Below, piece after piece: positions 58,230 through 64,000 of a stretch of DNA of 64,000 nt. The notes below the pieces were generated by a model. That model made no database searches, was not told the DNA's origin, and saw only the letters and a list, made by a program, of their open reading frames with translations. This DNA comes from Verrucomicrobiia bacterium (GTDB lineage Bacteria; Verrucomicrobiota; Verrucomicrobiia; CAIQCK01). Each line of letters opens with the position of its first letter. The first letter of the stretch is position 1. A program made the position numbers and the translations under genes. The DNA is taken from NCBI GenBank assembly GCA_041667205.1, contig JBAYFL010000001.1, forward strand, positions 258,439 through 322,438, given 5' to 3'.

Positions 58230-59576
58230 GTGAGTCACGCCGCCCAAAAACACAGTCCGGCCCCGCGGAAGGCTTGGTATCGCGTCCTCTACATCCAAGT
58301 CTTGATCGCGGTCGCGCTCGGCATCGTCATTGGCTATCTGTTTCCTGATTTTGGCAAATCGCTGAAGCCGCTCGGTGACGGTTTCATCAAACTCATCAAG
58401 CTGATCATCGCGCCGATCATTTTCTGCACCGTCGTGCATGGCATCGCCTCGATGGGCGACCTGAAAAAACTCGGCCGCATCGGCGTCAAGACCGTCGTCT
58501 ATTTTGAAATTGTCTCCACCATCGCGCTTGTCATCGGTCTGGTGGTGGTGAACTTCCTGCGGCCCGGCGACGGCTTCAACATTGACCCCAAGACGCTCGA
58601 CCCTGCCATCGGACGGAGCTATGTCCAGAATGCGCACGGGCTGAGCACCGTCGAGTTCCTCCTCAACATCATTCCGACCACGTTCTTCGGCGCGTTTGCG
58701 ACGGGCGACCTGTTGCAGGTGCTCTTTGTGGCAGGACTGACCGCCGCCGCCATCGCCTTCATGGGACCGCACGGCCAGCCGTTGCTGCGCGGCATCGAAT
58801 ACGGCTTGAAAGTCTTTTTTGGTGTGATGCACATCATCGTCCGGGCCGCGCCGCTCGGTGCTCTCGGAGCGATGGCCTTCACCGTCGGGAGCTACGGCCT
58901 CGGCGCGCTCAACCGACTCATCGCCCTGATGGTGAGCTTCTACGTGACGGCGGGCCTGTTCGTCCTCATCGTGCTCGGCGCGATCGCTTGGTATAACGGC
59001 TTCTCCATCATTCGCTACCTTGGCTACATCAAGGAAGAGTTGCTGTTGACCATCGGCACCAGTTCCTCCGAGACGGCGCTGCCGGGCATGATCGAAAAGA
59101 TGCGCCGGCTCGGCTGTGCCGACGCCACCGTCGGGCTGGTCGTCCCGACCGGCTACAGCTTCAACCTCGACGGCACCAACATCTACATGACCATGGCCGC
59201 CGTCTTCCTGGCGCAGGCCACCAACACGCCGCTCGACCTCAGCCATCAGATCAGCCTGCTGCTGGTGGCGATGATTTCCTCCAAGGGCGCCAGCGGTGTC
59301 ACCGGCGCGGGCTTTGTCACGCTCGCGGCGACGCTGGCGGTGGTGCCGAGCGTGCCGATTGAATCGTTGGCATTGCTGGTGGGCATTGACCGCTTCATGA
59401 GCGAGTGCCGTGCCGTCACCAACCTCATTGGCAACGGCGTCGCCACCGTCGTCATTAGCCGTTGGGAGAAGGAAGTCACCAAGGAAACCCTCCGCGCCAA
59501 TCTCGGTCACCCGCCGGCCGTCGCAGAACCCCCTCCGGCTCAGGTTGTGAAAACGGTCACCGTCGAAGACGACTAG
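58230..59576 (+). CDS. dctA: C4-dicarboxylate transporter DctA (DAACS family)
   Basis: The start is [27 protein letters not shown]…. Further motifs are [16 protein letters not shown] and SSSETALP. Confidence 0.85.
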   Translation: MSHAAQKHSPAPRKAWYRVLYIQVLIAVALGIVIGYLFPDFGKSLKPLGDGFIKLIKLIIAPIIFCTVVHGIASMGDLKKLGRIGVKTVVYFEIVSTIALVIGLVVVNFLRPGDGFNIDPKTLDPAIGRSYVQNAHGLSTVEFLLNIIPTTFFGAFATGDLLQVLFVAGLTAAAIAFMGPHGQPLLRGIEYGLKVFFGVMHIIVRAAPLGALGAMAFTVGSYGLGALNRLIALMVSFYVTAGLFVLIVLGAIAWYNGFSIIRYLGYIKEELLLTIGTSSSETALPGMIEKMRRLGCADATVGLVVPTGYSFNLDGTNIYMTMAAVFLAQATNTPLDLSHQISLLLVAMISSKGASGVTGAGFVTLAATLAVVPSVPIESLALLVGIDRFMSECRAVTNLIGNGVATVVISRWEKEVTKETLRANLGHPPAVAEPPPAQVVKTVTVEDD

Positions 59577-59587
59577 ACTCTTCCGCG

Positions 59588-60421
59588 CTACTTCGCCGCC
59601 GCCGGATGCTCCTTGAAGAACTTCACCATCAACGCTGGTGCTTCAGCAGGGAAACCGTGGCCGCCGGGATGGATGAAAGCGACAAACGGCGTGCCGCCCT
59701 TTGAGGGATAGAGCGTGCAGTTCTTCGCCCACTCCTTTCCTTCCGCGCCGCAACCGTTGAGCTTGCGCACTGCGCCCATCGTCATCTGCTGCCACTCGAA
59801 CTTCACGAGCGGGTCTTTCTCGCCGGCGAGGTGGAAGGCGGGCTTTGGTTTCAATCGAATCTGAAGCTGCGGCACCGCCGCCGCGGCCGATGGCGCGACA
59901 GCGGCGAAAACCTCCCCGCGCGTGGCCCACAGCATATAAGTGAACGCGCCGCCATTGGAGTGGCCCGTGCAATAGACGCGCTTCCCGTCCACCTTGTAGT
60001 CCTGCTTGAGCCGTGCGAGCATCGCGTCGAAAAACTTCAGGTCGCGGTCTTGCTGGTCGCCGATGCGAGCCTGCCAGCCGGGCTTCTTGCCTTCCGGGTC
60101 CGTCAGCCGCCCCGGTGTGTTCAGTCCCTGCGGATAGACAACGATGGCCTCGGTCCAGACGCGGTGGATGCCGAGCGAACGCGATGCCTGGCGCGAGTTG
60201 CCGCCGTGGCCGTGGAAGACAAACACGAGCGGCGTGTTCGCCGTCTTCGCCGCCGCTGGCGTGTAAACCAACGTCTCTCGCGCGACGCCCTCCACCTTGA
60301 ACTCCAGTCGTTGCAGGGTTTGCTCCACGTCGCCCGCGGCGGCTTGCGCTTGAAGATTGAAGGTTAGCGCGAGACTGCCCGCGCACAAAGTCAGGAAGAA
60401 GCGGCGATTGAAGTGTTTCAT
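59588..60421 (-). CDS. Secreted alpha/beta-hydrolase (esterase / PHB-depolymerase-like)
   Basis: The signal is MKHFNRRFFLTLCAGSLALTFNLQA. The oxyanion motif is FVFHGHGG. The nucleophile elbow is CTGHSNGG. Confidence 0.6.
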   Translation of the reverse strand: MKHFNRRFFLTLCAGSLALTFNLQAQAAAGDVEQTLQRLEFKVEGVARETLVYTPAAAKTANTPLVFVFHGHGGNSRQASRSLGIHRVWTEAIVVYPQGLNTPGRLTDPEGKKPGWQARIGDQQDRDLKFFDAMLARLKQDYKVDGKRVYCTGHSNGGAFTYMLWATRGEVFAAVAPSAAAAVPQLQIRLKPKPAFHLAGEKDPLVKFEWQQMTMGAVRKLNGCGAEGKEWAKNCTLYPSKGGTPFVAFIHPGGHGFPAEAPALMVKFFKEHPAAAK

Positions 60422-60493
60422 AATGTCAACGGAACGATTAAACACGCTTCCCGGAAACAAGTTGCTGTCCTCCGCGTTCTCGGCATCCGCCGA

Positions 60494-62398
60494 TTACCGG
60501 GCGATCCGCTCCAGTTCCTCCCAGCGGGCGTAAAGGCGGGCCACTTCGGCTTTCGCGGCTTCCAGTTCAGCGATGAGTCCCGGCGCTTCCTTCGCGCGCG
60601 TCGTGTAGAAGTTGGGATCGTTCAACGCCGTCTCCAGTTCCGCTGCGCGCGCTTCCGCTGCATGGATCGCGGCTTCCATGCCGGCGAACTCGCGTTGCTC
60701 CTTGAAACTCAGTTTGCGGGGACGGTCGGCTTTGGGAGCTGGGGATTCCGGTTCGGATGGCAGGAGTCTGGCGGCGGTTTCGGGCGCCAGCTTCCCGCGC
60801 TGCTCCCGCTCCTTCCGCTTTTCCAAGTAATACGAATAGTTGCCCGGCTGCACGAAAACGCCGGCGTCTTCGAAGGACACGATCTGGTCGCAGATGCGGT
60901 CGAGGAAATAGCGGTCGTGACTCACCACCAGCACGCTGCCGCCAAAATCCGCCAGCGCCTCCTCCAGCATCCGCAGGCTGGGCAGGTCGAGGTCGTTGGT
61001 CGGCTCGTCCAGCACCAGCACGTTGCCGCCTCGCCGCAACACCTTCGCCAGCATCAGCCGCGCGCGTTCGCCGCCCGAGAGGTGGTCCACGGGTTCCATC
61101 ACACGCTCATCGGTGAAGAGAAACCGCCGCAGGTAGGAACGCACGCTGAGCCTTTGGTCGCCAAACAGGATCGTCTCGCTGCCGCCCGAGATTTCGTCCA
61201 ACACCGAGTTCGCGCCGTTGAGCTGCATCCGCGCCTGGTCAATGTAGTTGAACGTCACCTTCTTCCCGATCGTGACGACGCCCTCGTCCGGCGCGCGTTC
61301 GCCCATGCAAGTGCGCAGCAGCGTCGTTTTGCCGACACCGTTGCGGCCCACCACGCCGGTGCATTCGCCCGGCTTCAACGCGAACGTCATCCCGCGAAAC
61401 AACCAACGCTCGCCAGCGCCTTCGCCGACCTTCGCGCCCGCCTCGGCCACGTTCACCGCGATGTTGCCCAACTCCGGCGCGGGCGGAATCAACAAATCCA
61501 TCTCCCGCTCCTCCGGCGGCGCCTCCAGCCCGGCCACTTGGTAGAACGTGTCCATCCGGTGCCGCGCCTTCGACCGCTGCGCCCGGACGCCGGAGCGCAC
61601 CCACTCGAGTTCGACGCGCAGGAACCGCTGCCGCCGCCGCTCCGACTGCTCCGCGATCTGCTGCCGGATCGCCTTCGATTCCAGATAGGCCGTGTAGTTG
61701 CCCGGATGCGAGAAGCACCGGCCGTCGGCCAGCTCAATGATCCGCGTGGCGATGACGTTCAGGAAATAGCGGTCGTGCGTGACGAAAATCACCGCGCCCG
61801 GGAAGTTCCGGAGGAACTCCTCCACCCAGCGGATCGTCTCCGCGTCGAGATGGTTCGTCGGCTCATCGAGCAGCAACAAGTCCGGCTGCGGCACCAGCGC
61901 ACGACAGAGCGCCACGCGCCGCTTCTCGCCGCCCGACAACGGCCCGACCAACGCGTCCAGCGGCGGCGTGCCCAGCGCCGTCGCGTCGGCCTTGATCCGC
62001 GCCTGCAGGTTCCAGCCGTCCGCCACCTCGATCTTGTGCTGCAACTCCGCCATCTCCGCGTCGCTGCGGTGGCCGGCCTCGTAACAGCGCAGCCACTCCA
62101 TCAAATCGCTCGCCCCCGCCTCGATGTTCTCCCGCACCGTCTTGTTGCCATCCAGTTCGAACTCCTGCGGCAGATACCCGACCCGCAGCCCGCGCCGCCG
62201 CGAGATTTCCCCCGCATCGGCCTGATTGGTCCCCGCGAGGATTTTCAGCAAACTGGTCTTCCCGCAACCGTTGCGCCCGACCAGCCCCACCTTCTCCCCC
62301 GGCGCGACCGACAGCACGACCCCGTCCAGCACGCGATCAAGCCCGAAGCTGAGGGCTACCTCGTTGGCGGAAAGCAAAGCGGGCGTGGGTGAACTCAT
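60494..62398 (-). CDS. ABC-F family protein (tandem ATP-binding cassettes, Uup/EttA-like)
   Basis: There are two Walker A motifs (GRNGCGKTS, GRNGVGKTT) and two signature motifs (LSGGEKRRVALCRAL, LSGGERARLMLAKVL). No TM domain. A C-terminal coiled coil is present. Confidence 0.85.
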   Translation of the reverse strand: MSSPTPALLSANEVALSFGLDRVLDGVVLSVAPGEKVGLVGRNGCGKTSLLKILAGTNQADAGEISRRRGLRVGYLPQEFELDGNKTVRENIEAGASDLMEWLRCYEAGHRSDAEMAELQHKIEVADGWNLQARIKADATALGTPPLDALVGPLSGGEKRRVALCRALVPQPDLLLLDEPTNHLDAETIRWVEEFLRNFPGAVIFVTHDRYFLNVIATRIIELADGRCFSHPGNYTAYLESKAIRQQIAEQSERRRQRFLRVELEWVRSGVRAQRSKARHRMDTFYQVAGLEAPPEEREMDLLIPPAPELGNIAVNVAEAGAKVGEGAGERWLFRGMTFALKPGECTGVVGRNGVGKTTLLRTCMGERAPDEGVVTIGKKVTFNYIDQARMQLNGANSVLDEISGGSETILFGDQRLSVRSYLRRFLFTDERVMEPVDHLSGGERARLMLAKVLRRGGNVLVLDEPTNDLDLPSLRMLEEALADFGGSVLVVSHDRYFLDRICDQIVSFEDAGVFVQPGNYSYYLEKRKEREQRGKLAPETAARLLPSEPESPAPKADRPRKLSFKEQREFAGMEAAIHAAEARAAELETALNDPNFYTTRAKEAPGLIAELEAAKAEVARLYARWEELERIAR

Positions 62399-62428
62399 GG
62401 ATGCGCGGACCAGGGTGAGCAGAACCGA

Positions 62429-62563
62429 TCAACCGATCTTCGGCGGCTTCGTCGGGGCGGTCTTGCGGCTCACACCTTTCAACGGATTCGTGTGGCGGGC
62501 GGCCACCCGATGAAACGTCGAGATGTGCTGATGATACTGCGACTTCTTTGCTTTCTTTGCCAT
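62429..62563 (-). CDS. Candidate small basic protein (about 44 aa), 30 nt upstream of the ABC-F start
   Basis: Hand-translated ORF below the track length cut-off: MAKKAKKSQYHQHISTFHRVAARHTNPLKGVSRKTAPTKPPKIG. Confidence 0.2.
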   Translation of the reverse strand: MAKKAKKSQYHQHISTFHRVAARHTNPLKGVSRKTAPTKPPKIG

Positions 62564-62759
62564 GCGCCCAAGATGCGCTGAATCAGCCGCGTTTGCGAGC
62601 AGCAAGCGAGGGGTTTCTAGTGCGCAGTGCGGGTTGACGACTGCCGGGAAACGATGGAGGCGCGACGGGGAAAAGTCTTTGCCAGCCGGATAAGTTGGCC
62701 GACTTTCCGGATTTTCTCCGCGAACGGTTCGCGCGCCAGTTCTCGCCGCATCTCTGCTT

Positions 62760-63272
62760 TCATGGTGTTGGCAGCTTTAGTCTATGCCGCTGGAGAATGT
62801 TTTCCAAGCGCGCGCTGTCGAGTTCGGCCTGCTGGAGGAGTTGTTCGATGCGGGCCTTGTCCTTGGGTCGTCCGACACTGGCGGCGATGGCGACGATGTG
62901 TTCGGCGCGAAAGACTTTCGCCGGCGCGCCCTCGAACTCGATGCGCTCGGCCTCGCGGACGGCTTCCTCGGTCAGTCCTTGGGCTGCGAGAAACTGCACG
63001 GGGAATCCGCGCAAGATGAGGTGTTCGCGCTCGACCTGCCAGCCGAGCGATTGCAGGTGCGCGTAGATGGCAGGGATGCCCGCGGACAATCCCTTGTCTG
63101 CGGGAATGAAAAAGATGTCGGCGTCGTAGGTGGTGAACGGCTCGACGTAATGAATCGCCGCGAGCGCGCCGCCGAGCGCCCAATCCTCGATCAACTTCGC
63201 CGCGACCATCTCGTTGGCCGCCCGAAACACATCGGCCAGCGGAATGTTGGCGGATGGTTCGTTGTTCGGCAT
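62760..63272 (-). CDS. Minimal nucleotidyltransferase (MNT-like) protein, intact paralog of the frameshifted gene at 13522-14129
   Basis: The nucleotidyltransferase-fold motif is LGGALAAIHYVEPFTTYDADIFF (GG-x12-DxD). The shared C-terminal motif is VGRPKDKARIEQLL. A downstream 48-codon ORF starts with an ATGA overlap (62761). Confidence 0.5.
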   Translation of the reverse strand: MPNNEPSANIPLADVFRAANEMVAAKLIEDWALGGALAAIHYVEPFTTYDADIFFIPADKGLSAGIPAIYAHLQSLGWQVEREHLILRGFPVQFLAAQGLTEEAVREAERIEFEGAPAKVFRAEHIVAIAASVGRPKDKARIEQLLQQAELDSARLENILQRHRLKLPTP

Positions 63273-63351
63273 GGCAGGGATTCTGCCAGACTTAGGCCTT
63301 CGTGTAAACCTCCGCGCCTATCCTCTCCGCAACAATTTGATATCCCAACTT

Positions 63352-63384
63352 CATCTCTTAACTTTGAACTCTTAACTCTCCGCT
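63352..63384. repeat. Second copy of the AT-rich ctcttaac motif repeat (ctcttaactttgaactcttaactctc)
   Basis: Read directly in the 118-bp intergenic gap between two minus-strand genes. It shares the ctcttaac…ctcttaac arrangement with 36211-36240. Confidence 0.4.
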
Positions 63385-63389
63385 CCCGC

Positions 63390-64000
63390 CTACTTCCCCT
63401 CGCACGCCTTCACGTTCTTCAGGTGCACCTTCGCGCCGCCAACGGCGAACCACCAGCGCGCCTTGGGCGCGGCCAGATTCGCATGTTGTCCCCGGATCTC
63501 CTTGCCGGCCACGCACGCCGCCATCTTGTCGCCGGTCCACTCCAGCCGCGCCGAATACCATTGGCCCGGTTTCAGATCGAGCGCGACCTGGCCGAGCGTC
63601 GAGCTGGCATGTTTGCCTTTGACCAGGGTGACATCTTCCGAAATCTTCGCGAGCTTCGGCAGGATCACCAGCCGCCCGACGTGGCCCTTGGCCGAATCGC
63701 AGCCGATGATGAATACCTTGCCGCCATCCAGTTGGAACTCGCATTCGATGACCGCGCTCTGCAACCCCACCTGATGCCACAGCACCGCGGAATGTTTGTC
63801 CGCCGGCACCTCCGCGCACACCAGCTCCCCGTCCTTCGGCTCCCAAGTTCCCTTCACCGCCTTCCACTCCGCGCCGAGCGGCTGCTTGAGGTCCGGCTGG
63901 GCGACAACCTTCCCCGGCTGGACGAGGAGGGATTTGGCGTCATCGGCAAACGCCGCTGTTTGGGCCAGGACAATGGCGAGGAGAAGAAGCAATGATTTCA
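63390..64000 (-). CDS. Secreted DUF1080-like (LamG/jelly-roll) protein, with its start beyond the window edge
   Basis: The signal-like N-terminus is LLLLAIVLAQTAAFA. The motif is W..VKGTWEPKDGELV. The frame remains open to position 64000. Confidence 0.45.
   Translation of the reverse strand, partial: KSLLLLLAIVLAQTAAFADDAKSLLVQPGKVVAQPDLKQPLGAEWKAVKGTWEPKDGELVCAEVPADKHSAVLWHQVGLQSAVIECEFQLDGGKVFIIGCDSAKGHVGRLVILPKLAKISEDVTLVKGKHASSTLGQVALDLKPGQWYSARLEWTGDKMAACVAGKEIRGQHANLAAPKARWWFAVGGAKVHLKNVKACEGK

Noticed and set aside
60413-62392. 659-aa plus-strand ORF antisense to the ABC-F gene
   Set aside because: Both Walker A and both signature motifs lie on the minus strand.
1-64000. tRNA, rRNA, CRISPR arrays, transposases, integrases and phage structural genes
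   Set aside because: I looked for them and could not support any. There is no direct-repeat/spacer periodicity, no DDE or tyrosine-recombinase motif, and no cloverleaf-like sequence in the intergenic gaps I inspected. A tRNAscan or Infernal run would be needed to exclude small RNAs formally.

Overview
This 64 kb window is high-GC (about 63-65% by eye) bacterial chromosomal DNA, densely coding on both strands. Its content resembles PVC-superphylum or Acidobacteria-type genomes, but no rRNA is present, so that placement is an inference. I base it on the many xylose-isomerase-like TIM-barrel proteins, DUF4838 and DUF1080-type secreted proteins, a zinc-ribbon Ser/Thr kinase and a CsgG-like TPR lipoprotein. 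Housekeeping blocks are tatA-tatC, a complete Tol-Pal cluster, amt with a candidate sigma-54 promoter, trxA, rph, a family-X DNA polymerase, a sulfate-assimilation cluster, dctA and an ABC-F protein. Among these sit accessory-looking insertions. The first is a 5'-truncated Type IIG R-M enzyme at the window edge, preceded by a 14-bp tandem-repeat array. The second and third are two lower-GC islets, each carrying a single gene: a DUF2971 protein, and an ApeA-like protein with a C-terminal HEPN R-x4-H motif. There are also two paralogous minimal-nucleotidyltransferase (MNT-like) genes, one of them frameshifted. A Ser/Thr kinase is translationally coupled to a radical-SAM/SPASM enzyme, divergent from a MacB-type ABC exporter, a HlyD adaptor and a glutaredoxin-like gene. 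A membrane-anchored orphan receiver precedes a C39-like peptidase, and a short AT-rich motif recurs in two intergenic regions. No tRNA, rRNA, CRISPR array, transposase or integrase could be supported. Many long antisense ORFs in the track are GC-skew artefacts and are rejected. The ORF track translates non-ATG starts as M, so several starts were re-picked from the sequence. Coordinates of features I derived by hand carry about 1 nt of uncertainty.
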